A stretch of 63,968 nucleotides of DNA, counting the filler, from Lenisia limosa (Eukaryota; Protista; Breviatea), in assembly GCA_001655205.1 (NCBI GenBank). It is 7 parts of 7 records of this genome, joined end to end, with 100 filler letters (N's around TTAATTAATTAA, not from the genome) between each part and the next. Parts side by side here need not be neighbours in the genome. Positions count along the whole stretch, not along the records: positions 16,810 to 43,000 come from LPNZ01004538.1; positions 43,101 to 55,236 come from LPNZ01008491.1; positions 55,337 to 59,054 come from LPNZ01010449.1; 4 more parts are not named here. One strand, written 5' to 3'. The translations under genes and the position numbers were made by a program. The notes under the pieces are model-generated. The model ran no database searches. It was not told the DNA's origin and saw nothing but the letters and a program-made list of their open reading frames with translations. Positions 42,298 through 56,606 of this stretch are shown one piece after another (the first letter of the stretch is position 1; each line of letters opens with the position of its first letter).

Positions 42298-44472
42298 TAG
42301 TCATGAGGATATGTATTCTGTGTATCTAGGGGAGAGAAAGATGAGAATTAAAGCAAGATTGTGAATAGAATTGTCTTACAACTCGATAATTATGTACATA
42401 TAATAGAAAGAGAGATGAGAACAAATTTTAATGTGAATGATAGACAACAATGTAAGACAATAAAATAATAAGATTTGAAAGTGCCAACGTACACTTTTCT
42501 CACCGCTTTCAAAACAATGAGACTGCCAACGTCATCTCCTTCTCCTGTAGTATACGGAGGTGGACTAACTTTGGCTCACTCACAATAAGCAGACGTATCT
42601 CTTCAAATTAAACTATGTTGAAAAGAGGCCACATAATAATGTATATATATATATAATGTAATAATGTAAAAATTATATATATCATATACATATATATATC
42701 ATATGCTCAGGCGCAGAAATCCCGTTGTTTATTCCCCTTTCCCGTTGCTTATTTTTTTCGAGTTTTTAGCTCATTCTCTGTTTTTGATCCAGTACTTAGC
42801 CCAAATACAGTTTTAGTTTGTTTACATTACATGCACACACTTTTAAACAAAAAATAAATTTTCCTCCTCAAAATAATACTATTTCATCAACACAATCAAC
42901 TTGTATCAAGGGTAAATAATAGATGTTTACAACAAGTTACTTTTTTTCTTTTGTTTTTTCACAAGCTTTGTAAGTGTCGTTGTAGAAGGTGCAAGAATGC
43001 NNNNNNNNNNNNNNNNNNNNNNNNNNNNNNNNNNNNNNNNNNNNTTAATTAATTAANNNNNNNNNNNNNNNNNNNNNNNNNNNNNNNNNNNNNNNNNNNN
43101 ATCCAATGGCTTACCAAGTCTCGGAAGATATTTGTCAAGGAAAGACGGGTAGCAAGCAACTTGCTGAAAAGTGTGCGGGTTATTCATTTCAGAAGTTTGC
43201 AGTTATGGTAAAAAGTTATTTATGAAGGTGTGGTATTTGGTTGTGCTGATACATTTAACTCCCTTCTGTACTCACACACTAATTATAAAGTTATTCCATA
43301 GGTGTAATGAAAGATTTAAACATTGAAACGTTTTAGCATGTGGGTTGTCGCAACTTCAAATTGCCCCCCTTTCCATCCTCATATTTTAGCGTGCAGATAA
43401 GTCCTCAGAAATCGCCGTATGATAATATGTCTCAATTGTTTTCACTGCCCGTTTAGACCTGAGGTCAGTATTGCAGCGTTTCGCTCCATGGTTCAAGCTT
43501 TCTTCATCCCTTTCACAAACATTGTCAAGATGACATTCTCTGATGTGTGGAGGGCATCCGGTTTTCGTGACAAACCTTACGTTAACTTCCATCCATTTCA
43601 TTTTTAGTTGCTTTTGTATTATATCTCTAAATTCGAACATCCCATTATACTCCATAAGTCGATATTTATCGAAGGTTTATATTAATATTTTGAAAGCCAA
43701 AAAGCCACTCTAAATTCCAAACAATGTATAATACATAGAATTTTAGTACGCTGCCGTTACCTTTATTTCTCAGAACCTTCCGGAGTACATCAACGACGAA
43801 CTTTTGACTATTGCTGAGTATGTCGCGGGGGGTGGGTTTCACTTTTGNNNNNNNNNNNNNNNNNNNNNNNNNNNNNNNNNNNNNNNNNNNNNNNNNNNNN
43901 NNNNNNNNNNNNNNNNNNNNNNNAGGGTCATATTTCCTCTATTATGAAATATTGCTCACTGCTATTTTATTCAATAAACCCCCAGTGATCGCACGATGGC
44001 GTTCAGAGAAATATTCACTAATACCGCAACGTCTCTTAAGAAATGTCTTCTTGCACTCGAAAAGAATGTTTGGGGATTACCCAAACTTTTTATTGATGAA
44101 ACTAAATTCCAGGGCTGTAGATATTGTTTTTAATTATCTAAGCAGCGAACATTGATTTGCATACTTAGTCATTTCACCACATAGGTGTACACTCGTCGAG
44201 AGTACCTTGTATACTACATTGAGATTGCGGATAGAGCCTTCCACGCTGCTATTTCACGACACGTTTGTTTTATGTTTTCAATTGGTGATGTCATTGGCTT
44301 ATTACAGAGAATTTACAGACCGATTCAATAGGAATGTTATTTTTAAAAATTATTTTGGATTTAATTCATATAATATATGCTCGCGGTAAATTAGGTTATT
44401 ACAATTAGGTCATTAATTGTTATTTTGAGTTTTAAAGCCGGAGAAACCAATTTTTTGTCCAGTTTTCATACC

Positions 44473-44985
44473 ACATTCAAATTCTGGGTAGTTTTGAGTT
44501 TTTTAAAATTTTATTTTTTTCACGCACAACCTTTCGAATGAATTATATGCATTTTTCCGACTAAAAAAGTTTGGGGCCATTCTAAACCATTTCGCTTGAA
44601 AAGCATACCAAACGATAGCTACGAGTCATACAAAGTTGTTTCCGCTATGTAAACTCTCGAAAGTCGAAACCTGTCAAAGATGTTAATAAATTATTGTATG
44701 TTGTTTTCCCATATAGGCAAGTCCTTTGGATAGTGACAGAAATTTTACAGGAAAATGTTGATTTTTATCTGCAACTTGCTTGTTTAGCGTTGGATTCCAC
44801 TAAATTTACTTTGAGTCGTTTGCCGGAAAAATGCATAATAACTGATTTGGCGACCGTAAATAATTAACGACATTGATTCGTATTAACGACATAATTNNNN
44901 NNNNNNATTAGTCGGAAAAATGCATATAATTAATCCGAAAGGTTGTGCGTGAAAAAAAACTCAAAACTACTCAGAATTTGAATGT
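44473..44985. repeat. Long imperfect inverted repeat (~80-90 bp arms)
   Basis: acattcaaattctg...ccgactaa versus ttagtcgg...cagaatttgaatgt; an N10 gap abuts the right arm. Confidence 0.65.
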
Positions 44986-45089
44986 AAAAATTACATGTAA
45001 TATATTCACCAATGTAAACCTCATTACTACGTATATAATCCAACACTAATTTTACTTATCGATTAAAACGATACGTTTTATTATTTTTT

Positions 45090-46320
45090 ACAGCTCTCGA
45101 AACATTTGAACAATGTTCGGCGCTTCCTCATCAGTGAGCCGAGTCTTTGCTTTGAATTTTCTGTAGAAACATATTTTTAGTCCTGGATAATTTATCAAAC
45201 CAACATCATTTGTTTCTGCCATTTCTATGAAACTGCAATGCTAAATAACGTAATAATTTCGTATGTATTCTGGAGAAATATAACTATATTGTAGGCATTT
45301 GTCACTATGATGATTTGTTCGAAATAGTCATCGCCAAACCCTGGTTTCCAACCATCATCGAGCTTGCGTGCTTCAGTAGTGGCATTCATTACAATGGATC
45401 TTATGTTGAGGCATATGTATGTATCCTTATCAGTTTTTGATCGGAGAAAGTCCAATCTATTTTCAAGTTTAAAACTTCCTTAGAATCATTCTGCATACCA
45501 GTAGGCGGCAATGCAGTTAAGACGAACGAATCAGATCAATGGATGTCAACTTTTGGACAAATTTTCCAACAGGTTGGTGTGCCATAATATTTGATATTCA
45601 ATATACAGAATGATATGTATCAGTAACCTCTGTAAAGGTGTATTTTAATATTATATATGTATATATCCAGTATGTGTGCGTGCTATTAGTTATTATGATG
45701 CATTGTAGCGTAACAGGGAATGTGCATGTTTTCTTGCATGTTTGTTCGCATTTATAGTATTTGAAATAGTTTTCATTTTGACATATTTAGGAGGGATTTA
45801 CCCAGCCAACTTCCTATTTAAATGACGAAAAATTTGTCTGGGTTAGTCTGGAAACGCTTATTGTTAATGTGATTTATACCTTTGATTACAGACCTTGCTT
45901 TTGACACATCCATGGCCTTTTTTGTTTTACTTCATTTTACATATTCAGAACTTTTTTGATTCAATGTTATTATAATATGGATTCAAACGGCATATTTAGA
46001 GATGAGTGAGAATTAGGCTATCTGGCCATAACCGTATATCACTTTGATCAAAGATATTGAATACTCATGAAACCGTCCAAATGCTTCATATGTTGTAGAT
46101 TGCTAATTGGGACCTTGTTATCAACCCAAAAGATTGGAAGGAAGAACCAAAGGTCACTGAGATCAACATAGTGGTACGCTTTAGAAATACAGAAGAGATT
46201 CCAAGTTGTGGATTGTTTTCTCTCAGTATCCAGTTGATTAGTGTTTCATTTGTCGCATTTTCCCAGTTCTTTGTTTCACTGATGTTTAGAAAGGACTCAT
46301 AGGAGTTCACACATGCTCAC
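45090..46320 (-). pseudogene. Unassigned multi-exon gene or relic
   Basis: Exon-like DFLRSKTDKDTYICLNIRS..., NATNETLINWILRENNP, terminal KFKAKTRLTDEEAPNIVQMFREL*. Confidence 0.3.
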
Positions 46321-46469
46321 CACAGTGTCATATGATTTCAACCGACACTTGTCGTAAAGTAAGCAAAATATTCAATGGGAACTGTTTTAAACCCCCTTCC
46401 TCTCTCTCTTTTTTTTAATATAATACAATTACGTTCACATTGTCAAAAGTTTAATTCTTCCTAGTGCCC

Positions 46470-47404
46470 ATTCAGCCCTTTCACATCACCTGCCATCCCT
46501 AAGTCCATTTTGAAGATGATGAGAAAGCACCAGACCACTGTCTTCAACAACTTTTACGATGCCTACTTGGACAGAACCGTCCCAACGATGATCTATAATG
46601 GATATGAACAACAATTATTTGAACAAAGTAGGTAGTTTTGTTACTCGCTGTATTTTAAGCATATAATTAAGCGGAGGAAAAGAAACTCACAAGGATTATT
46701 TTCACTCTATATATAACCAAATATCCGATTGTTCATCATCTAGAAGATCCCATTCTCCCCAGTGTCCACATTAGCCCAAAAATGAGAAAGTGAAAAAAGG
46801 TAAGCAGAAAAATTACTTTCGAAATAATCAATGTTTCTTCATCTGACGGGTTTCGTATTTCTGACTCTTTTATTATTGCCCCTCCAGCGAAGATTTGCAA
46901 CCAATGCAGAGCTGACAAGGCCAAGAAGAAGTGTTCTGCGTGTCTGGCTGTGAACTACTGTTCAGCTGAGTGCCAGGTTGGTGGACTGGCTATCACCTAA
47001 CTCTCTCTCCGACAATGTTAATGACCACGTAATAGGACGTGTCCATGTTCGTGTAGTGTTTTATGATATCATAATTTATTAGTTTCCATATTCCCTTCAG
47101 ACTGATTGATTTTGGATACACATGGAACAAATGGATCAAAATATATATAATATATAGCAATGAGAAATTAAAAATAAAGATGTATCTGGCCGAANNNNNN
47201 NNNNNNNNNNNNNNNNNNNNNNNNNNNNNNNNNNNNNNNNNNNNNNNNNNNNNNNNNNNNNACAACTCTGTGCACACCACATAGTAAGTTTTTTGAAATA
47301 AAAAAAAAAAATGTAGAACTGTTTCTTTTTTTACAGTGCAGAAAACTGATTGGCCGAGTCAAAAGAAGGAGTGCAAGAAAGTATCTAAGTCAAGAAAAGG
47401 ATGA
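46470..47404 (+). CDS. MYND zinc-finger protein (3' exons)
   Basis: CNQCRADKAKKKCSACLAVNYCSAECQ / KTDWPSQKKECKK matches MYND spacing; upstream exons partly unresolved. Confidence 0.75.
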
Positions 47405-47849
47405 TTAGGTGTCGATTTGTCCGTTTCGGTATGTTCGTGCTTTACTACATTGATGATGGTCAAGATTAATGTAAACAATCAGTGGATTCAGAGGGAAGTT
47501 GATACAGAAATTTGGCAATGATAGGGGGGNNNNNNNNNNNNNNNNNNNNNNNNNNNNNNNNNNNNNNNNNNNNNNNNNNNNNNNNNNNNNNNNNNNNNNN
47601 NNNNNNNNNNNNNNNNNNNNNNNNNNNNNNNNNNNNNNNNNNNNNNNNNNNNNNNNNNTGCCAAAATTGTGATCCAGCGATCTATGGTGTTTGATTTTGC
47701 ACAAGCAGCAAGCAGGATTTGAGCAAGATCTGAGCAGGATAAGTACATAAGGATAAGTGTGTAAGTGTGACATAAATACTGGTGAGGGAGGGGGAAAGTG
47801 AATATTGGGGCGTTTATTCGCAGACCAACTGTCGGGATTGATCAAGCCG

Positions 47850-50800
47850 CAAATGCTTTCGTGTAGAGGGCTTCTGCCCCACCATCCTGAGTTATTACTC
47901 ATTATATTGACCATAGTTTTCAATTTAATTGCCGGTAAGTTGATATTCTGCTTAGCTGATAATTTCCGAAGGTGCCCAAATTGTGGATCTTGAAGGAGGT
48001 GAACTTTCTGCAAATAAAACTTCGTCAAATGGCCAAGTAAGAAGATTAGAAAGCAATGGCAGTTTTCGGGATGACATTTGAATCTAAAGAGCTTTTTGTC
48101 CGTCTCATATTGAATAATGAAGATGGCTAATGCTCCTTAGGTTGTGAAACTTGACGCGTTTGACCTTCCATCGTCGTATGTGAACAGATATCTTTCTGGT
48201 GCCACGTCAGAAGTGGGAATTGGCTGGGGGGGGGGGGGTCNNNNNNNNNNNNNNNNNNNNNNNNNNNNNNNNNNNNNNNNNNNNNNNNNNNNNNNNNNNN
48301 NNNNNNNNNNNNNNNNNNNNNNNNNNNNNNNATTCACCACCCAAGGCATCCATGTTTGTCCCTGATTCCGGTGTCGCTGTGGACTCTGAAGACCAAACCA
48401 TTTCGGAAGCAATGGTATGCTGTTTTCATATTATTCAGGTGTATCTGCTAGTCTTTCCAAACCGGATATTTGCCTTAATACCATCAGTACACCTTATTTT
48501 TGAAAGGCAATTTACTGTATCCAAAAACGTATCCATCCCTTCAAAGAAGTTGAATAAACAGTTTACATCACCCCCATTAGATGTCTATGAGCGGTCTGTC
48601 CATTTTCCTCACCCTGACTAATCTGGACTACTACAAGGAGGGGCAAATTATGACTGTCAAAGATGGTGAGCGAGCCAATAAACGTTTTGGACACAGCTGA
48701 TAATATACTTCTACTGACTTGGCCATTTGGAATAGAGGAATAAGATTGTTGATTATCTTGAAGTTTAATATTGTAGATACTGAGGTTGTACTTGGGCTCT
48801 CGGTGAAAGATGGCAGAGTAGGGTGGTTGTGGGGGATTGCCAAGATAACTTATCACCAAGCTTAAAAAATCGGATCATATTCCATCCTAACCATGATGCT
48901 AGGGCAGTCTACTTTTGACCAAGCTCGGTGAACAAACCAGGTCATCATTTAGCCTCCCGAAGGTGAGCGTCGATACTAACTGTGTTCATGGTTTATTATA
49001 TTGTTTCTATCGGATGAGGTGGACGGCTTCAGTCAGATACATCTTTATTTTTTTATTTCTCATTGCTATAGACTGGACTGTTGCTATATACACCATCTTA
49101 TCTATCATATGAACACATATCCATTTATAATTTTTACTACACCGCATACTGATGGTATCAACCCCTTTATAATCATAATAGGAATCGATTACGGGAAGTT
49201 CTTTTCTTTTGATTGTGAACTTCTCCCCCGAAGAGGTGACTGTCTTTTACAACAACGGTAAAGGGGTAGGGCATCACTGTGTTGTATTGGAGTTCATTAT
49301 ATCGGGAATTGCAGACCTTTGGAACTATAGCATTGTAATCTTAAACAGTATTGTGTTTTTGGTCGTCACACAAGCTTTTTTATAAAGGAATGCTGAAAAC
49401 GATGCTAACCTTCAAGCCATTGAGCTGGTTAGTGTTGTAGGACCCATCTCCACACCGCCCCAACTGTCTCCCTTGATTATCGGCCGTTCCAATGACACAC
49501 ATGCCAATGGTGACATGGGCTCAGACCATGGGAAAACAGTTTATTACTTTCTATTTTAGATATATGATGTCACTACGCACCTTATTCCCGAAATTTATTC
49601 GTTTTGTTTGAAATATGGTATGATACTAGATGTGGGGAGGTGGGGGATTGGAGATTTCAATGAGTGGTATTCTGTTTGTTATCAAGCAAAGCAAGAATTC
49701 TTCACTCACTGAATAGGAGCGTCATTTGATGTGTCGTATCTCTCCATGTCGGTACCCTTACTGTCGGGGGAAGATCTTGTCACCGAAGCATCCCGAATCC
49801 TGGAAGTCAATGAATTGGGTACGTGAGTCTAGTGCGAATTTCAGTTATATTTGTCATATAAGGTGTCATTTTAATACGCTCTGCGTTGTTAAACTTCCAT
49901 TTTGAATTATTTTTTTTCATTTTTTTTTTTTTTTTATCACACAATCTTTCGCATTTCTTGACAATTCAGCGCAAGTGGTGGTGATAGACCCGTCAGGGGA
50001 TATTTCAATTGGAACTCCGATTTTCCTCTTTGTTGCCATTTCGTGCTGCTCCTACTTCTATAGAAAGAGGAGCAAGAAGAAGAGTGCCAAGAAGCGAGGT
50101 GAGAATTTTATACCAAGTAACAACTGGAAAAAGTACATCCATTCAAGGGACCTGTTTTTGAAACATTTGGAGCGTGTAAGAATATTTCTCAAAAGTTTAC
50201 TTTTCAAGCTGCTGAAGCAGAAGCCAAACAAGGCGAAATCCCTCCGGTTGCTAGTGACTTTGACTTATCAATGTCATCGAACCCTGGTAAGAATCTAAAA
50301 CCAGATTCCATCCGCTCAATATCCACTTCCATCACCAATCCTGTTTTAGGGATCAATATCATTTATTTTCCCCGTAAACCACAAGTTACATTATTAATCG
50401 GTTTTAGAGGAAATCTTCCCCAAAGAAGAGGCTATCACGACACCTTCAGAAAAACCTGAAAGAGGTTTGCCTTGATTTCTCTTTGAAGATTATCTTGGAT
50501 GCTTTGGAAGAAGTGATAATGCTCATACACCGAATTGGAAGTTTTTTGCCCTCAGATGACTCAAAATCCATAACGCTAACAACCCTGCATGCGGCACTGA
50601 CTGTGTAGCCCGAGGACAATCGAAGGTCTTCAAGCCTCCGTCATTGAGTCGACAAGGCTCGTCCTTCCAGATGAAGATCAAGGATCTTGTGCAGCTCAAA
50701 GACAATGAGGAAATGAAGGCGCAGGTATGCGGTGATACTTGATCGTAGTTTGGAAAAAAAGTCCAACTGTATAATGAAAACGTATTCCGCTGGAATTGTC

Positions 50801-52900
50801 CCACTATGGAATGGACTACTTGATAGTTCTTGCATTTTTGCGTTGTCTTCCAACCAACATATGGTGTTTACCCCCCCCCCCCACACACACCTCCTGACAC
50901 AGCAGAATTCGTTGTTATTTTATGGTTCAGTTTTTTCTTCTCTTAAACAACACCAACCCCGAACCCCCAGATATCATTGCCAAACTAAATAACCCTCCAG
51001 ATGTCTCCATTTGCGTTGAAGCTTCAAAACATGACCCCGAAGAAGAAATGCGTGATTATTTCTGGAATGGTGTGACAAACTCTGCTATAAATATCACTAT
51101 ACTTTGAGAAGCTATATATTTTTTTATGTTTACTTGCTTGTTATGGTTTTTTGATCCCTTTAGGCTCTTCTCTGCCTTGTTTTGCCATACAGCTATTATC
51201 CTACGGACTTCAAATTACCGACTGCCAATGTACGTTGGACTTATGATACAGTTCCAATGAGCATGTTATGAGCATATGATTCACTACATGTTTGTTCCCT
51301 TTGATATTGTCTTTAATTTTTGTTTTACTTTTTTATAGGAGGAAATGAACCTTTTGCTTGGTGATTTAACTGAACTCTTCACATCAGATGTGGCCCAAAA
51401 ACTAGCCGTATGTTGTGTTGTTTTTCAACGCCTAAGTATTCGGATAAATATATGTTTTATTTACCTTGTAGTTTGACAGTGATGGAATTGCTGACCTTGC
51501 CGGGGTTCCATGGGATGTAAAGGTGGGTCCATTTTCTTCAATTAAAATCACTCTTAGCTGGCTTCTTCTTTTTACAATCATTGACCCCTCTAGGTCTTCT
51601 CGAGCTCTCACTTCGACTCCACGTCAGCCACCCAGCTTTTGGCCTACTCCATCACTGTTGTTGACGGAAATGGTAGGTGGCTTTTTATAGGATATTCTCT
51701 TGTGAAATATCAATATCATAATAATATGTATAGTACATAGTAAATTACAATATTTTTTATTGCGTATTAGAACCTGTCCATGTCCAAGGATAAATACTGG
51801 AGTTAATGCCTTTCTAATATTTTTTTTTGGGAAAATAGATAATAAGAAGAGACTTCCCTTGTGCCTAACAATGATGATAAGAAGAACGAGGGTTCTTCAT
51901 GATGATAATACGGATGATGAACCTACCTTACAGGAAACGACATTCCCTCCCTCAATGCTGACATTGCCCTCCCGGCCAAGCTGCTGAGGATACCACTCTT
52001 CCAGCAACGGGACACTGAGGCTGATACAATGTCGTTCTCAACAGAAACGCACGAGCTTGATTTGAATTGTTTGGGGGACTTGCCTTGGTTGTGCCATTCA
52101 TTAAAACAATTATTCATTTCTACGTGTCAAGCAGTTTCATGTCATACATCATACTAATGCTTAGCTTCTTATTTGGAATTTCCTGGGTACCCGTGCCCCC
52201 TCTGTTTTCACTCTCCAGACAATATTTCCAATATTATCATGGCAAACCGAGGAGACAAATTCCCTGTGCCTTTTCTGGTAAAAGACCCGAAATCAAGGCA
52301 ATACGTGAGCTTTTCAAATCAACCTCTAGTTGTATTTCAATTAACTTTTTTTGTGCACTAAAGACTGTCATATCGTTCAATTGTGAATCTCTCTTTCAAT
52401 AAAGCCACTCATACCCAACTAACCCAGCAGTCTGTTGCCTATGTCCCTCGAGCCGTAGCCGCTGATGCTCCCCTCACCTCCTATGTCATGGCCTATAACG
52501 AGCTGACACTAAACCTCACAACTAACGCAACAGTTGGCGCTACCAATGTGAGAAGCACCTCACTTTTTATTATGAAGGATCCAAACAATGGACTACATAT
52601 CTGCCTCACTAAAGTTTTATTACTCAACTTGCCAGAAGTGGTATCTCATTGTATCCAGACTGTGCCATCATCGGTAGCAGCAGCCGAGTCAGAACTCTGC
52701 ATTCGCCATGTTCTTACTCACACACTACTTGATATGCACGTCGTTATCTCGCATTGTGATACAGATTACGCAAGGGTAGGGCCTGTTCTTTGCTGCTCGA
52801 CCCCTCTGAGTTGTGCTGAGAACAACGGTTGTTTAGACTCTAAAACGAGATTTTCACCCTCTTTGACACTTTCAGCCGTACTACTGGACCTGCTCATCTA
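47850..52900 (+). CDS. Large multi-exon probable type I membrane protein (may be more than one gene)
   Basis: Hydrophobic N-terminal LLLIILTIVFNLIA, TM-like IGTPIFLFVAISCCSYFY followed by RKRSKKK, many GT-AG exons. Confidence 0.45.
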
Positions 52901-53039
52901 GCGACTATGCCAGCTGTTTCTCCACTGCCGTTATTTCGGGTGTGTTCTGAAAGGGTCTTGAAGGGTATTTCTAAACATGATACAGTTATAAGAAACGGGG
53001 GGTTACAATAATATTTCCATTTTTATTAGTCGTAGGTAT

Positions 53040-55230
53040 TTCATGATTGACCATGAGTTGCTGCTTCCCCGCTCCCCTTACTTTTACCCACTTTACCCAC
53101 TCCCCCTCAGGACGCAAGGTTATTGATATTCCCTGTTCTGGACAGTACCCCGAGGGTGCCCCGACGTTCANNNNNNNNNNNNNNNNNNNNNNNNNNNNNN
53201 NNNNNNNNNNNNNNNNNNNNNNNNNNNNNNNNNNNNNNNNNNNNNNNNNNNNNNNNNNNNNNNNNNNNNNNNNNNNNNNNNNNNNNNNNNATAAAATTAT
53301 GTGATAGATACTCATATATCATTAATATATATACTAGCTACATATTATGTGTATAATATATAGATAGACCTAGAAAAAAAAATTATTATTATTATTTTAT
53401 TATTTCTTTCATATGTGCATCATTAAAACTGATATTGTGTTGATTTTGTTTTACTCCCTCCCTCCTTCAGGTTCTGTGTTCGGATCTGCCTGGTTTGAAG
53501 AAGATATCCCTTGCAACTCACGGCATTGTACAGACTTTTGAATCAAGTGGGCCGTTTTATTTAGTTATTGAATATGGGCTTTAACAAGGAAACACATGAA
53601 TAATCCGGGTTTTTTTTTCAATTCAGAGCAGCGTAGATTCTCATCTTACACCCTCACCCCCAGTCCGTATACCCATGTCATTGGGTGAAGATGAACACAG
53701 CGCAGTAGCAACAGTACTCGAGATTTTCCCTACATCACAGGTCTCCGTTGCAGCGATGGGACTTGATACAACGTTTCCGGTACCCAATGCGGACGCTCTT
53801 GCCGTCAGCAGTATCCCTATATCGACTGCTTTCTCCGACATTTTCTACATGTATAGGGGACTATGGAGAATAGTATGTATTGCGCACCCCCTCCCTCTCC
53901 GACTCATAAATTCCCGTTTCACACGCATCCAGGTTCCCTAGCCAGCCGCAATATTCGTTCGATTTGGGCGTGCCTTTCCCCAATACCTACAGCACCAAAG
54001 TTGGTTATGTTGTCCACTTTTATATCGCAGTTGTTGTATTTCTATATCAATTGTATTGTTGATTAATTAGAGAAATAATTGTTTCTTGGAAGATTTGATC
54101 AAATATATTTCTGCGTTGTTTCAGATCCGAGAAGAATCCCTGTTCACCCCCCTCCCCCAGGATTTTCAGGAGGTTGTTCCTGAGCACAAGGCGAAGCCTA
54201 GGTTCCACAAGGCCGTATTTGGACAATTCACGATACCTGCTCCCGAGTATGACAGTGACCTGGCTCTCAACCCATCCATCCATCAGAATAAGAATGACTG
54301 CCAATCCTTCATTAAAGTCTTATTTCTCAGGAATAGCCGTCTTCTACTGTCGTGGTCAAATGATTACCGTCACATCGAGATTTCCTATATACCGGTGAGT
54401 GGACATAAGTAGGGCTTCCCCGCGATCCCAAAAAATGACGGAATTTTTTGATAAATCTCGATAAATCTCGATATTTTATCTGTCTTTTTCGGACCGTTGG
54501 GAAGCCCTAGGTCAAAACTGTAGGACTAGTCATCAAATACACTCTCCCTTCCTTACACATCCCTCGGTTCCTCTGATAAATTCCTTCCTTTCACTGGGCC
54601 TTCACTACGGTCACAAGAAGACAGGTAAAATATCTATAGTTTTCAAGAATTTTTCGAGAATTCAGAGTTTTTTGTGACTGAAGTGAAGCCCTTCTGACAC
54701 GTTACATTTCTCTTCCATTCTGCTCTTCCATTTGTATTCCTTTTACCTTCATCTCTCTCGATCTGCCTTGAGTTGTTTTTACAACCATACCCTCAGGAAA
54801 AACTGGAAGATGAACTTCTCTTCAGCCACGAGATCATCAACATCTTAAATCCTGCGTGGGCCGAGGTGCCTTTCCATTTTACTTGAAATTCAAAAATGAC
54901 CCTCTCTATGCATTCCTGAGTGCTTATTGCTCAGAATGAAAGCGGTACATGGTTTCCACCACATCCAGTCTCAAGCAACATCAATATTCGTGGCTGGTGG
55001 GAGGGGGGGGGGGCTCTTATTCTCGGATATCTTGAAAAATCCGTGGGAATACACTATTTTCCCTCGAATAGGCTTGCATACATATTTTCTGATACGGTTT
55101 TGATGGTAGATTAATTACACCAAAGTTGTCTGATTCAGTGGTAGAATGAGTTATACTCACATTTCTTATGTTCTCAGAACGGTACTCCTCCGAAGAGACA
55201 CCCTACTATACTGATGATGTTAGGGGGGGG
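53040..55230 (+). CDS. Hypothetical multi-exon protein with a weak C2-like segment
   Basis: Exons such as VPEHKAKPRFHKAVFGQFTIP and KLEDELLFSHEIINILNPAWAE; two MITEs lie in one intron. Confidence 0.35.
54412..54507. mobile_element. ~95 bp MITE with TA duplication
   Basis: TA|GGGCTTCCC ... GGGAAGCCC|TA. Confidence 0.88.
54596..54691. mobile_element. ~95 bp MITE, degenerate
   Basis: gggccttcactacggtcacaa ... ttgtgactgaagtgaagccc. Confidence 0.75.
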
Positions 55231-55336
55231 GGGGGGNNNNNNNNNNNNNNNNNNNNNNNNNNNNNNNNNNNNNNNNNNNNTTAATTAATTAANNNNNNNN
55301 NNNNNNNNNNNNNNNNNNNNNNNNNNNNNNNNNNNN

Positions 55337-55451
55337 ATCTTATTATCCCTCTCACCGAGTCCAATGACACTCTGAATCTTATTATCCCTCTCACCGGGTC
55401 CAATGACACTCTGAATCTTATTATCCCTCTCACCGAGTCCAATGACACTCG
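55337..55451. repeat. 39 bp tandem repeat, about 3 copies
   Basis: atcttattatccctctcaccg(a/g)gtccaatgacactctga. Confidence 0.9.
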
Positions 55452-55494
55452 AGCTGGTGGAACCGTCGGAGTTTTCGTAGTAGAAGTTTAGTCC

Positions 55495-55617
55495 GCTGGG
55501 ATGTTAGTAATATATAATTCTGATTGACCTGCTGGGATGTTAGGAATATCATATCCTGATTGATCTGCTGGGATGTTAGGAATAATAATCCTGATTTATC
55601 TGCTAGGATGTTAGGGA
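55495..55617. repeat. ~33 bp degenerate tandem repeat
   Basis: About 4 copies of ctgctgggatgttaggaat...atcctgatt. Confidence 0.8.
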
Positions 55618-55793
55618 AGAAGGCAGTGCACAAAGTTATTAGGCACACCATCACGTACATGGAACTATATGTGGAAATGGGAGAGAAAACAAAGTTGGAA
55701 GTCGCCCATATTATCCAAATAATATGGTTAAATATCTTGCTCGGTAAAATCTAAATATAGCAAAATATGAGAACTTAAAAATTGACATATTGA

Positions 55794-55875
55794 GGGCTTC
55801 ACTTCAGTACAAAAAATCCTCTCGAAAACTATCGATATCATATGTTATCGGTCTTTTCCAACCGAAGTAAAGCCC
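55794..55875. mobile_element. MITE, internally shortened
   Basis: gggcttcacttcag ... ccgaagtaaagccc|TA. Confidence 0.75.
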
Positions 55876-56545
55876 TAGGTATATTATCCCCTCGTACGAG
55901 AGAAGTGATCCTTCGGTTCCAGCCTTGTTGGTGGTGTACCATGCGCTGAACCTAGAGGCATGATTAGAAGCCGTACCAGTGTTTTTACTGCTTATCATAT
56001 GTAGAATTTATTCTTTTACCCAAAGAAAACAATTTTGCATTATTCAGATGGGAGGTATAATGAGAAAATATGGGAAAAAAACAAAAAAAAAAAAGACCCA
56101 AAATCAATCTGGGGAGCAGGAGTGGGTGAAATTCTGTGATTAATTGTGAAATACCGATGTCTTTGGAAACAAAGTTGAGACATAAAAGTCTCAGCCCCCC
56201 CCCCCCNNNNNNNNNNNNNNNNNNNNNNNNNNNNNNNNNNNNNNNNNNNNNNNNNNNNNNNNNNNNNNNNNNNNNNNNNNNNNNNNNNNNNNNNNNNNNN
56301 NNNNNNNNNGATTTTACTTGTTATAAAGTTTTTAGAATAGGGTTTTACTGGTCTTTACAAATAGACTACTGAATGGCATTGTAAAAAGTTAGACTTCTGG
56401 GGGTCGAGCTATGAATGTGTCCCCCCCCTTCTCTCCCTTCCCCACTTGTCTAATAAGTCGCCACATTCAGATTCTGAGCCAGACACCTTCGCCGCCGCAT
56501 ACGGGTCCCCAGCTATAATGGGTCAGTGGGGGTGGGGGTACAGGT

Positions 56546-56546
<1 letters not shown>

Positions 56547-56605
<59 letters not shown>
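56547..56605. repeat. (GA)n microsatellite
   Basis: Seen directly. Confidence 0.95.

Positions 56606-56606
<1 letters not shown>

Noticed and set aside
47960-47993. CPNCGS zinc-ribbon suggesting TnpB/Fanzor
   Set aside because: It is in a different frame from the likely exon, and no RuvC motifs were seen there or elsewhere.
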